From contig NC_058368.1 of the NCBI RefSeq assembly GCF_018350175.1, positions 50,345,815 to 50,409,814 on the forward strand: a stretch of DNA of 64,000 bases, written 5' to 3'. The first letter of the stretch is position 1. Every line of letters begins with the position of its first letter. This document shows, piece by piece, positions 51,707 through 63,385 of this stretch. The DNA is from Felis catus. Taxonomy: Eukaryota. Below the pieces are notes generated by a model that was given only the letters and a program-made list of their open reading frames with translations, had not been told where the DNA came from and made no database searches. The position numbers and the translations under genes were made by a program.

Positions 51707-53234
51707 GGAAGCAAATAAAATGATACAAATTGTTATTATAAAATTCTTGAGTTTTATTCTAAGATTAGGATCATGATAGATTATTAAAGTGAAATGTACG
51801 TTAATATTAAATAGTTCCATATGGTATGCATCAGTCACAATAGAGATGATACCTTTTTATTCTATGCATTTCTATATTTAAATACAAATTTGTTAAACAT
51901 ATTCAAACAATACTTACAAGTAAAGTAAAAATATAGTATTATTTTAACTTTTTACCTTACCTCCATTCACTTCCTTCTCTAGATGTAACCATTGTTAAAA
52001 TTTAGCACATATGCTAGAACTTTTTCATATCATATAGGCAAAGAGGAAGAGATAAATACACCTATATATAGTTCTAGGATTTTAAAAGAATATGAGATCA
52101 TACCATATCTATTTTTCTGTAAAAATTATTTTTTTACTTAAAATATGTCTTGATATTTGCTAATATAGACATTTTAAGTGCTCGTGGTTCTTTTTAAGGA
52201 TTACCGTTTTTATTGAAGCCATCCCCTGCTAGAGTAGACACCTGCGTACACAGCCTCTGCGAGGAATTGGGATACAGAGAAGCATGAGTTGAATAGAAGC
52301 AGCAGCCAACTCCACGCTACAGAGCCCTGAAGAGGCTTTGAAGCCTACTCTCTGTGGAGATGTATTCTTGTTTCATATTTTAGCAATCCTTATTCCTTTC
52401 TTTGAACATCCTCTGAAATCATAACTTGTCTGCTGTCCTGTTTTCTTCCAGATACGTTCCGTAACATATTTGGTCAGCTGTCCCAGGCTGCAGTGATTTT
52501 TATGATGTCCCTCCTTCTGTCAGAGGACTTTCACAAATCCCAAATGATCTGTTAGTCTTTACCTTCTGGAGCTGCTTTTTCATTTCCAGAAGGCCACTCG
52601 AGTCATGATAAACCTTGCCCTTTTCACACCCAGCCTGTTGCATTTCCTTCTTTCTCTTTGAAGGAGGTCCAGCATTCTCACTTGCGTACTTTTGATATCC
52701 AGTAGTGTTGATACTGTTTGCCAGAACACAAAGTAAATGGCAGGAAAAGAGGCCACAGCTGAGTAAACAACACTTGTTGTGGAATATACTCGACACTGGG
52801 CAAAATGATAGAGTACTCTTGGCTGCGACGCTTAGGATTTTGGCTGGGATCCTCTGTAGAATATGGCTCACCAGTTCTCACTGACTGAGAACTCAAGGCA
52901 TGGGAAAAACACAAAAACGCATTCAGTGACACATACATATTGTTTACCATAAAGGGTTATGATACACAAACACGTCATATACACATATTTATGTATTACA
53001 TATCAGTAAGATACTTCAAAGATAAAATTAGCACACATTAGTGTTGTGTGGGCATGGTCGGTGTACTCACATATACATGTGTGTATGTATCTTTGCGTGT
53101 ACGTGTGGATATGTTTGTAGCACACATTTTTGAGTGAGAATGCTGGGTAAGAGGTGATGAGGGACTTGCCAGATTGGTATTGCACAAATAGAAACTAATC
53201 TTTTTATTGCTCACTTCACTAATTCTGGGGATAT

Positions 53235-54090
53235 TAACATTATAAGCTAGCTTGTTATAAACCTACTCTCTCAGAGAGACTACCCAGAAAATATAGACAA
53301 AATTAAAGGAAAATATCTGTCAGAAAGTCTCAGAGGGCTACCCAGTCAGCAAGGACTCAAGGGGCTGAGAGCAGACATTTGGTGCTGCTTTTCCTTTCAG
53401 AGCATTTGCCCATTCTCATGGGGTTTGTGAGACTCTTAGAAACTGAGAAAACCTTTTTGTCGGTCTTGGGGTCTCTAGGGCCAGAAACTAGAGTCCAGGG
53501 ACTACCAAGAAGGAAGGGCCTGGTATACACCCAAGTCTTCCGCTTGGTATTGGTGAGGGACCATACCCTCAGAGTCAGAGTGACCCTTTTTATTTATTTA
53601 TTTAAAAAAAAATTTTTTTTTAACGTTTATTTTTGAGACAGAGAGACAGAGCATGAACGGGGGAGGGGCAGAGAGAGAGGGAGACACAGAATCCGAAGCA
53701 GGTTCCAGGCTCTGAGCCATCAGCCCAGAGCCCGACGTGGGGCTCGAACTCACGGACCGCGAGATCGTGACCTGGCTGAAGTCGGACGCTTAACTGACTG
53801 CACCACCCAGGCGCCCCAGAGTGACCCTTTTTAATGTCAGGAACAGGTTTCACAGACCCTGAAGCCTTGCTCTGAAGCATCTCGATTATCAGATGGATTA
53901 TGCCTCATAACTGCCTGTGAGGCACCCATCCAGAGACTTGGCTCCATGGTCTTTTATATGAAGTTTCAGGCTCACAGTCACAAATGACTAAACATAGGAA
54001 GAAATGAAATTACATGATCAAAATCTATGGAAAACAGACATGGATCCGCAGGAGATCCAGACATTAAAATTAATGAACAAGGACGTGAAG
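53235..54090 (+). mobile_element. Ancient L1M 5' region, with a SINE inserted
   Basis: L1M 5'/ORF1-like text (ETDMDPQEIQTLKL-like remnant near 54030). Confidence 0.5.
53593..53817 (-). mobile_element. Young felid Can-SINE
   Basis: Perfect 16-bp TSD agagtgacccttttta. Confidence 0.97.
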
Positions 54091-54173
54091 ATATTGTGGT
54101 TATTGCAGTTATTGTGGTTACCTGCTTCACTAGGGCATGGACGCAAGCTTACGCAGCGAGAGTCACTAGTTCC

Positions 54174-54192
54174 TGTCACCACCTGGTGGTCT
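54174..54192 (-). promoter_or_regulatory. CTCF binding motif (good match)
   Basis: Minus strand AGACCACCAGGTGGTGACA; three CpGs lie within about 35 bp to the left. Confidence 0.5.
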
Positions 54193-54879
54193 CTCACAAG
54201 CCACTTGAGCTTACTTTTTTTTGCTTTGGCTGCCATTGTCTCCATGAGAATTTCCACTTAAAATGACACTTTTTCCTTTCTTTTGCATGCATGTTTATAC
54301 CTTGCACCTGAAAACACCTTTCTGAAAACTGACAATTCATCCCCAATTCTTCATTTCCCAGCACTCTCAGATGACTTCCTTCCAAATCTCTAATCCCTTT
54401 TCTCCCATTAAAATTGTGGAATCAGCAGGGATCTTAAGGCAGATGGATACTGCCACCATTTTAATTGGAAATAGCCTTGGGGATTTCTGGGTGTCATATA
54501 TAAAACTGTAGAAAAGTAGAGACTGGGTATCTTGTATACTTTTCAAGTTTATTTCTTGGTAATAAGTTTGTCATATTTGGACAGTGATCCCCAGTCCCTA
54601 ACACAGCTGGGAATTAAAGCAGGTGATCTTTTTTCTATAGACCATGGTGTTGGACACCTTTGCTACTTTTCTGAACCCATTTTAAGTTGAGGATTTAAGG
54701 GTCCTGTTGGTGAATGGTTGAACTTGTCTCCTCAAATGGGGAGCATCATGCTATTTTCACTTATGCAAGTGTTACAGACAACTAAGACTTATTTTAAAAT
54801 GTCCATAATCTTCACAGAGTTCCTTATTTAGAGGTCTATTGGTAGTAGGAAGTGGAGATATACAAGTCACTTTTATAAG

Positions 54880-55385
54880 AGAAACCATGTACTTGATGTA
54901 TATATTTTAGTGTATAATGGGCTTTCCCCTCTTTGGTATCAGTAATGCCCCATTCCCATTCCTGTTCCCTCATTGTTTTAATGAAGTGGTAAATAAAACT
55001 ATCTTGTTGTTACAGCCAAAGGAATAGACTTATGGCCCAGGGCTGGTCAAAGCTGGGTCAGTTTGAGTTCCCTTTTATAGATACATCATCCCCCCCCCCC
55101 CCCACACACACACACATACCACTGAAGTAGGAAGAGGTAACAGAAATTTTCTTTTTTTGATTGTGGAGTTTGTAACTGGGATTGTTTGCAGCCATATTTT
55201 GCCTCCTGTTCATCTTATGGATGGAGACAGAGAGGCCATTTGGTTATTCGACCTCTGACTCTAGGTTTGGCTGAGACCAGTTCTAGATCTGACTCCCCAG
55301 TTATGTGAACCAGCACATTACTTTTCTTCATTGGGCAGGTTTGAATTGTGTTTTTGAAACTTCAACTTGAGAATAGCCCAAATAT
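54880..55385 (+). mobile_element. Old MLT1 (J/K-like) MaLR LTR
   Basis: 3' end ...ccagttatgtgaaccagcacattacttttc...gtttgaattgtgtttttgaaacttcaac. Confidence 0.55.
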
Positions 55386-55624
55386 GAGAATGGATGGAAA
55401 TTACCCTAAATGAAGAACTATTTAAAAAGGAGAACCTTCTCTGATTTAGGCAACAATGAAAAAGTTCATCAAATTTGAAGTAGCTCTAACACATCTGAAG
55501 TAGAGTTGGATTCTAGGGTCTTTACCATGATCCTGCTAACTTCGTATATATGATGCTTAGAAAATATTATACATATTCTTTACAAGTATAACTTTAAAAG
55601 TCCTTTTTCTCTTGTCCCTTTTAA

Positions 55625-55868
55625 AGAAGAAGAATCCATAAGAAACTCTTAATTGTAGAGAACAAACTAAGGGTTGCTAGAGGGGAAGTGGTGGGGGGTG
55701 GGGGGGGGTAATGGACCAAATGTGTGATGGATGTTAAGGATGGCACTTGTGATGAGCAATGGGTGATACATGTAAATGATGAATCACTAAATCCTAGTCC
55801 TGAAACCAATATTATACTCTATGTTAACTAACTTGAATTTAAATAAAATCTTGGAAAGAAAAAAAAAA
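55625..55868 (+). mobile_element. Carnivore L1 3' end
   Basis: gagaacaaactaagggttgc, G-rich tract, tgatgaatcactaaat...gaaaccaatatt, A tail. Confidence 0.9.
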
Positions 55869-56084
55869 TTCAGAATAAAAATGGAGCTCAAGAAATAGGT
55901 CATTCTTTAAGGATGACTTAAAGTCCTGTATCAAACAGTGAATAGTTTATGTTAAAATGGTTTATTATTATTAAAATTTATTATATAATAGGTTTTGTTT
56001 AAGTACATTTTTGAGGCATTACAATATTTATTTGTACCCTTTTATATATCAGTTCTTATAAATTGTTTAAAAGAATGAAGCTGT

Positions 56085-56282
56085 GGGGCTCCTGGGTGGT
56101 TCAGTCAGTGAAACGTGAGGTGATGGTCTCACAGCTTGTGGGTTCAAGCCCCACGTCGGGCTCTGTGCTGACAGCTCAGAGCCTGGAGCCTGCTTCGAAT
56201 TCTGTGTCTCCTTCTCTCTCTGCCCCTCCCCCGCTCACAGTCTGTCTCTCTCTCAAAAAATAAATAAACATTAAAAAAAAAA
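56085..56282 (+). mobile_element. Can-SINE
   Basis: TSD aaagaatgaagctg. Confidence 0.95.
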
Positions 56283-56822
56283 GAATGAAGCTGAATTTCT
56301 TTAGAAATATTGGACAGTTGAAAAGTTCATACCATACTGAACTTTTCTTCATTATTTGGAAGTAGAGGAATTTTACTGCTATATATTTCAATAATGTTTC
56401 TCTGTTTTCAGCTTTTGAGGTTAGATGTTTTTAATACCAGAGATCTTTCTTATACTCATGGCACTTGAAAAATGCAATCTTGACTGAAATGAGTTAATCT
56501 GTAACTGTGGAACAGTTATTCATTTATTTGTCAAGATCAAGATGTGACATGTTAATTTATTTAGAACATAGGAGGGCTATCCCTATATGCAGTAAAACAA
56601 ATTCGGAGGATTATTAGAAATTAACAAAATTTGATTAAAATGTTTCCAAAATTAATTAAATATAATATGTTAAACTGAATAGTTTGAATTTCTCTCCTAT
56701 TCTCAAACAGTCAATACCTTTTGGTTGACCACAGATATCATTGTAATTATCCATTACTGCATAATAGGTTGATGTTCTCTATTTCTTTCTAGATATATCA
56801 ATTCATTTGCCCCAATTACACA

Positions 56823-56946
56823 TTTTTAATGTTTATTTATTTTTGAGACAGAGAGAGAGAGCAGGTGCATGGGGAGGGTGGAGAGAGGGGAGGACAAAGA
56901 ATAGGGCTCGAACCCACAAGCCATGAGATCATGACTTGAGCTGAAA
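56823..56946 (-). mobile_element. 5'-truncated, internally deleted Can-SINE
   Basis: Poly-T, (GA)n, gggctcgaacccacaagccatgagatcatgacttgagctgaa; head missing. Confidence 0.8.
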
Positions 56947-58959
56947 TTTTTCAGACTGCTGTGTGTTTGAGGTGTTCACTTCCAGAATTTTCTCCTTCAT
57001 CACTGTCAAAGTCCCAGCTGTCCTTTCTACTTCTGTCTCTATGCTGGCCTTCAGCAATCTCTCCGTTCCTTCTTGTTCCCATCTCTCTCATCATTCTGTA
57101 GGTCTCACATGAACATGGTAACATCTATCTTGGCCACCCAGTAGTTTCTTTGGCTGATTTCCTGATTTTGGAATGTGAGACTGGCGGACACTAACCCCTG
57201 AACAAATCAAAGGACCATTCACTTTCCTTTTAATGATGAAAAACCTGCTACCTGTTTTCAGATAGCTAAACCTGGCTATTAGAGGCTTCTGATAATGTTG
57301 AAAAATATATTCAGATCAGTGGGAAAGAGAATATTTCAACATATTGTGGAAATAGAAGACATTCTCAGTAATTTTTCTTCAAATAAAGGTAGACTTTTAG
57401 AGAGTTCCTTTATTCTTTTTTCGTTGTGATTTGAAAGGTCCTAAAACTAAGGGCGGGCTTGTTTGTTGTATTTGTAAAAGGTTAAAAGCACATGAACATT
57501 TCCCCCAAATGGAGTCATCAATAATTCAAGAACAAAGTACAGAGGTTTATAGAATGTATAAAATTGCCAAGCCAAAGGATAACTCAATCTGGAAACTCAC
57601 CAGGGAAAAACTAAGATGACAAATTTGGTTTATCACCACCTTGCAAATGTGCAGTGTTAGTGAACACTTGACTTCATTTTTCTGAAAGATAAATAGTGTT
57701 TTAGTTAGCTGAAGACTTGACATATGGAAGGTGTTTGGGAATTTATGCCAGTTGAATAATTATTTAATAAATTATTGAACAAGTTATTATTGGACACTGA
57801 CTATATCCACAGCACATCCCAGGTGGTGTGGGGGAAGTAGTCGTCAAGCTACATCATGTTGTTGCTATGCCCATGGGACATCCTGCCATTAAATTACAAC
57901 TGTTTCCTGTCAAAGGAAAAGGTACCACACTTTAAAATGATGGTAATGTATTTTTTTTCAATTTCTAAATGGAGCACTAGAGATAGTAGGAAGAAGCAGG
58001 ACAGTGGTATAGCAATGTACACAAAGACAAAGAATTTCTCTAGAGTGAGTCTGATGAAAAGAAATCTTAGTAGAAAAAGAGTTTGAGTTCTAGGTGATCA
58101 GAGAAAGCCAAGAGGATTTTTAGATTTGCCTTTGGTTTAAAATAGCAAAATGTCTTATTTTTCATATAATAGAGAGAGCGGGATAATGAGTAGAAATAAA
58201 AGAAATTATTCACTTTCTGCTCTTTTTTTTATTGGTTGTGCTTGACTAGCCTCTCATATGAAGGTGTGTATTTGTAGTCAGAAGGTGATTTCTCTGCAAG
58301 AACAACTGGTTCTGATCAGCACATGTTCAAAGGGTCAGGTGTCCTCAGAGATTCTTCTGGGTAAGAAAAATATGAAAAAAGGAAGATTCAATATAAGAAA
58401 GTAATATTTGATATATTTTCAGTAATGCCAGGTGGGTTAAATATCCTAAAACAGCTTTAATACAAAATACATGAAAATGTTGGATGATACATAATCTACA
58501 TTCTTTAAATGCAAAATTGAGCCCAGAAGAAATACATGAGGTTTACAGGGGTCAATTTCATTCTTGAAAATGAAAAGAGGAAAAAAAAATCTCTGAATAG
58601 AGGCTGTTCTGCTGGGTTTGTGGGGAGCATTGTAGATCTTAACAATCAAGAGACCTGAGCCATAATGGCTACCTGAAGGGGGTTACATAAGACTTGGGGC
58701 TCTTATAAAAAGGGGTGTTCAAATTATAACCTCCAAAGTTTTAGGTTTTTTAAGGGCTTACATCCTTCCATCAAGCATCTGCTCCTGGCTCAGTAAGATG
58801 ACAGGCAAACTTGCCTGTCTTGGCTTTTCCTTTGGATGGATTTTAAGAAAATCTGTGATAATTTGTCACTTTAGTTCTGTCTTCACATGGATTTGGACTT
58901 GGATTTATGTACTCATGTGATCTTGGCAAAAAAGTAAGTACTAATATTTAAAAATGGCT

Positions 58960-59545
58960 CTTGATTGACAATACTCTCAGGATACCTAGCAGAAGCAAAT
59001 ATAAAATCTCTTAGGGAATTCACTCTAATTCAGGTCCCTCAAGTTGCCCACTGATGAAATTTCATCAAACATGAGTGTATAATCTGAAATTAAATATATA
59101 AAAAGAAACTCATTAATTAGCCATAAGCATTGGAGGCAACAAGTTGCATATATAGAACACTAAGAACTTAAAGTAATGGGTACTTTTGGATTATCACTTA
59201 TGAAGTAAGTAAGTTTAAAATCATGAAAATGACCATAGATATAATAAACATGAAACAGAAAACACCAACAGAAGTCCTCCAGATTTGCAGAAGAATAGTA
59301 GTGATTTTAGAAATTTGACACAATTACTGAGCCTGATTTAATAGTCCTGTATAAAACAGTGTATCCAACAATTGGAGAATATATACATTTTCCCCATGTA
59401 CACATGAAATATTGGCAAAAACTGACCACACTACTGTATATAAGACAAGTTTCAATGAATTTCACATAATTTGTATTAGACAAGCAACATTATTTAACAG
59501 CAATACAATTAAGGTAGAAATCAGTATGATAAAGACTAAATGCTA
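58960..59545 (+). mobile_element. Old L1M fragments
   Basis: A-rich L1-like text (gaatatatacattt...aaaaactgaccacactactg...aatacaattaaggtagaaatc). Confidence 0.55.
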
Positions 59546-60662
59546 ATGGACCATGAGTTCCTAAATGGGGAGAGGCAGGAAGACATGGCTCGTGGCACGA
59601 GGCAGATTTGCTTTCCTACATGGACTTGCTTCATGTCTCTGCTGCCCAGTTTGTGAATTTTCACATAAGGGCTCTTGGAAAGTTATGTCACTGTTTGAAT
59701 GACTTCTTTTTTGATATAATTAGGTTTTCACCCAAAATCATATTAAATAATTATACTATAAGAGGGATGTTTCCACAGTATAGCTTCTAAAACACAATCA
59801 CCAGTTTATTCCATACAACAGCCTCTTGTTAGAGAATATTGTAGGAGAGAAATTTGAATTGTGCACCATGTTTGGGTGACCCTAAACATTTTGAGTATGT
59901 TCATTTAGCAACAGAGTGTAGACCGTCAACTATTCCAGTAGTGAAGGATAATAAAACAAGGAAACAGAGTGCGATTTCCCTTGTTGTAGTTTACCTTACA
60001 CTCCCCACTTTCCATACTGTTTTATTAATTAATATAACGTTGGATGATTCTGTCAAGTCTTCTAGAAATGCAATCATGTCAGTGGCAAATGTATTTTTGT
60101 CTTTTTCTTTCCTGCATGAACTTCATTTTTGCTTCATGTCTTATGGTACTGATCCTTGCTTCAAAACAATATTAATAATGATACAAAGCATTATTACTTA
60201 TGAATTTAATGACCATGTTTGTAGTGAAACAATTTTAGGAAGAGATATTTGAAATGCCCTCAGCTTAGTCATCAGTTGTCTTTTTGTATGCCTGTGTGTA
60301 TGTCTGTGTTTTCTTTAATTATGAACTATTTCCAACATATAGAACAGTAAAGTGAATAACATATATTCCCACTATCCAGTGGGAATCTTAATGTTTTACC
60401 ACATTTGTCTCATAACATTTTTAAGCAAAACATTTCAGCCACACCTGCAGCCCTGTCTACCTTGCCCTACAACACTAGATACTACCATACTCAAAGTGAT
60501 GTTTTCTTTTCTAAGTCATCTTAGACTCTTACAACATATTCATGTAGCCATACATTATTGATAGCATTGTTACGCATATTTTCAAGGTTGATTCTGCCTG
60601 TCAGTTTGCAGCTTGCTTTTTTCATCCATATTGTGGCAGATGCTAGACTCTCTCTGTCTCTC

Positions 60663-60666
<4 letters not shown>

Positions 60667-60706
<40 letters not shown>
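60667..60706. repeat. (TG)n(TA)n microsatellite
   Basis: Directly visible. Confidence 0.96.
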
Positions 60707-60708
<2 letters not shown>

Positions 60709-60789
60709 ATATTTAATTCTATCTTATTCTTTTAATTGGTATCTATACTTCTTACATATTTTTATACTTCCAAAATACTTATTTATCTC

Positions 60790-61738
60790 CTTTTTTTTAA
60801 TATGAAATTTATTGTCAAATTGGTTTCCATACAACACCCAGTGCTCATCCCAATAGGTGCCCTCCTCAATGCCCATCACCCACCCTCCCCTCCTTCCCAC
60901 CCCCCATTAACCCTCAGTTTATTCTCAGTTTTTAAGAGTCTATTATGGTTTAGCTCTTTCCCTCTCTTTTTTTTTTCCTTCCCCTCCCCCATGGTCTTCT
61001 GTTAAGTTTCTCAGGATCCACATAAGAATGAAAACATATGATATCTGTCTTTCTCTGTATGATTTATTTCACTTAGCATAACACTCTCCAGTTCCATCCA
61101 CGTTGCTACAAAAGGCCATATTTCATTCTTTCTCATTCACCACCCTGAGATACCACCTCATGCCAGTCAGAGTGGCTAAAATGAACAAATCAGGAGACTA
61201 TAGATGCTGGAGAGGATGTGGAGAAACGGGAACCCTCTTGCACTGTTGGTGGGAATGCAAACTGCTGCAGCGGCTCTGGAAAACAGTGTGAAGGTTCCTC
61301 AAAAAATTAAAAATAGATCTACCCTATGACCCAGCAATAGCACTGCTAGGAATTTACCCAAGGGATACAGGAGTGCTGATGCATAGGGGCACTTGTACCC
61401 CAATGTTTATAGAAGCACTTTCAACAATAGCCAAATTATGGAAAGAACCTAAATGTCCATCAACTGATGAATGGATAAAGAAATTGTGGTGTAGGGGCGC
61501 CTGGGTGGCTCAGTCAGTTGAGCATCTGACTTCTGCTCAGGTCATGATTTCACAGTTTGTGGATTTGAGCCCCGCGTAGGGCTCTGTGCTGACAGCTCAG
61601 AGCCTGGAGCCTCCTTCTGCTTCTGTGTCTCCCTCTCTCTCTGCCCCTGACCCACTCTCATTCTGTCTCTGTCTCTCTCAAAAATAAATAAACATTAAAA
61701 AAAAAAAGAAATTGTGGTTTATATACACAATGGAATAC
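60790..61738 (-). mobile_element. Felid L1 insertion with 5' inversion (twin priming)
   Basis: Antisense 3' end 60791-61137, sense ORF2 segment 61138-61738, TSD tacttatttatctc at 60776-60789 and 61739-61752. Confidence 0.92.
61494..61705 (+). mobile_element. Can-SINE nested in the inverted L1 segment
   Basis: TSD aaagaaattgtggt on both sides. Confidence 0.96.
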
Positions 61739-61754
61739 TACTTATTTATCTCTT

Positions 61755-63150
61755 TCTTGATGAACCTCTCACTTGTTTCCTCTCTTTGCTATTATAATCA
61801 ATGCTGATGTGAATATATATGGTATGTATATGGGGGAGTTTCTCCAGAGTGTATGTCTAGAATACTGGAGCAAAGTGTGAGCATCTTCACCTGCACTTGA
61901 TATTGCTAAATTTCTCTTCAAAGTGGCTGTGCAATTTAGATCTCCCCAGCAGAATATGGGAGTTTCCTCCTTCCTGTCTTTGAAAACTGTAGGTATTGCC
62001 CCGCTTACACATTTTTGTCTGTTTAATGGGTGAAGAATGGTGCCTTAATTTACATGGATCAGATTACTAGTGAACTGAGAATCTTTTCCTGTATTAATTG
62101 GCCATCTAGGTCTCTTATTCTGTGAATTTGTATTTGCTCCCCATATGTTGTCTTCTTACCAACGTGCAGGCATTATTTATCAATTTTAGGTATGACTCCT
62201 TTTCAGACATAAACATTAATTTTGTATTTTCCCAATCTATGGCTAGTGTTTTTCCTTTTTTTATAGCATTGAGCAAAAGTTTTAAAGTTTAATGGAATCA
62301 AATTGAACTTCCTATTCTCTCTGTGTTTTGTAATTTTAGTATCTGGCTTAGGAAATCCTTCCTTACTATTGTCTTTATAAGGATGTTCTTCTATATTTTC
62401 TTCTAAAAGTGCTTTAAGCATTAAGGTTTTTTTTTTATAGCCTGGAATTAACTTCTGTGTAGACTATGACTTAGGAATCCATACTTTTCTATACAGACAA
62501 CTAATTAGTAATTATTATTGATGAATCCACATTTCTCTCAATGTGTATAGCCATTTCTGACCTATTTCAGGTCTCTATATTTGAGTGGGTTGTTTTTGAG
62601 CTCTCTAATTTATTACATTGGCCTGTTATCTGTCCCTGTGCTATTGGTACCCTACTGTCTTTATTATTATAATGTGATCATAACTTCTGATATGTTGAGT
62701 ATAAAGTCTTCCCACTTGGTTCTTCAAATTTTCTTAGATGTTCTTTAGCCAGTGCTCTCCCACATGAACCTAGGGTGAATTATGTTAATTCTTTAGAAAA
62801 ACAGTGTTGGGATCATCAGCTGTCTTTTGATTTCTACTTCATTCTTAGTCAGCATTGGCAATTTATTTTTAGTAAATCCTTCACTGTATAATGACAATTT
62901 TAAAACATTGTTTTTTTGTAATGTTTTATCTTCCATTATAAGATCATAGAGTTTGTTTTTGTTCTTGATTGATTTGCCTATAGTTTCAGCATTTTATTAA
63001 ATTTTCAAAGGACTAGCACTTAGTTTTTAATTCCACTGTGTGTATTTCTGCTGTAGTTTTTAGAAATTCTTTCCCCTGGTTTCCATTAAGATTGATTCGT
63101 TGTATCTTTATGAAATTTGAAGTTGAAAGCTGAGTTCATTGTATTCTTCT
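61755..63150 (-). mobile_element. Ancient L1ME-like ORF2 fragments
   Basis: Degenerate antisense L1 text (ttgctattataatcaatgctg...; ctatattttcttctaaaag). Confidence 0.6.
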
Positions 63151-63208
63151 ACTTCACCCCTCAACAATAAATACTTGTAATTCATATATACATATACACA
63201 CATACATA

Positions 63209-63385
63209 TATTTTTATTTTTATTTATTTTTTTTTGAGAGAGCACCACTAGGGAAGAGGCGGGGGAGAGAGAGGGAGAGAATCTTAAGTACCCCTGACCT
63301 GGGGCCCAATCTCACTACTGTAAGATCATTACCTGAGCCCAAATCAAGAGTCAGATGCTTGAACGACTGAGCCACCCAGGCACCC
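63209..63385 (-). mobile_element. Can-SINE
   Basis: acctgagcccaaatcaagagtcagatgcttgaacgactgagccacccaggcaccc. Confidence 0.9.

Noticed and set aside
55682..55710. G-quadruplex-like G tract
   Set aside because: Standard polypurine tract of the L1 3' UTR.
58630..58860. Possible LTR fragment
   Set aside because: No clear termini or TSD, and I could not assign a family by eye.
61103..61579. ORFs with L1 ORF2 C-terminal similarity
   Set aside because: Fragments of the truncated, inverted L1; not an intact retrotransposon or a host gene.
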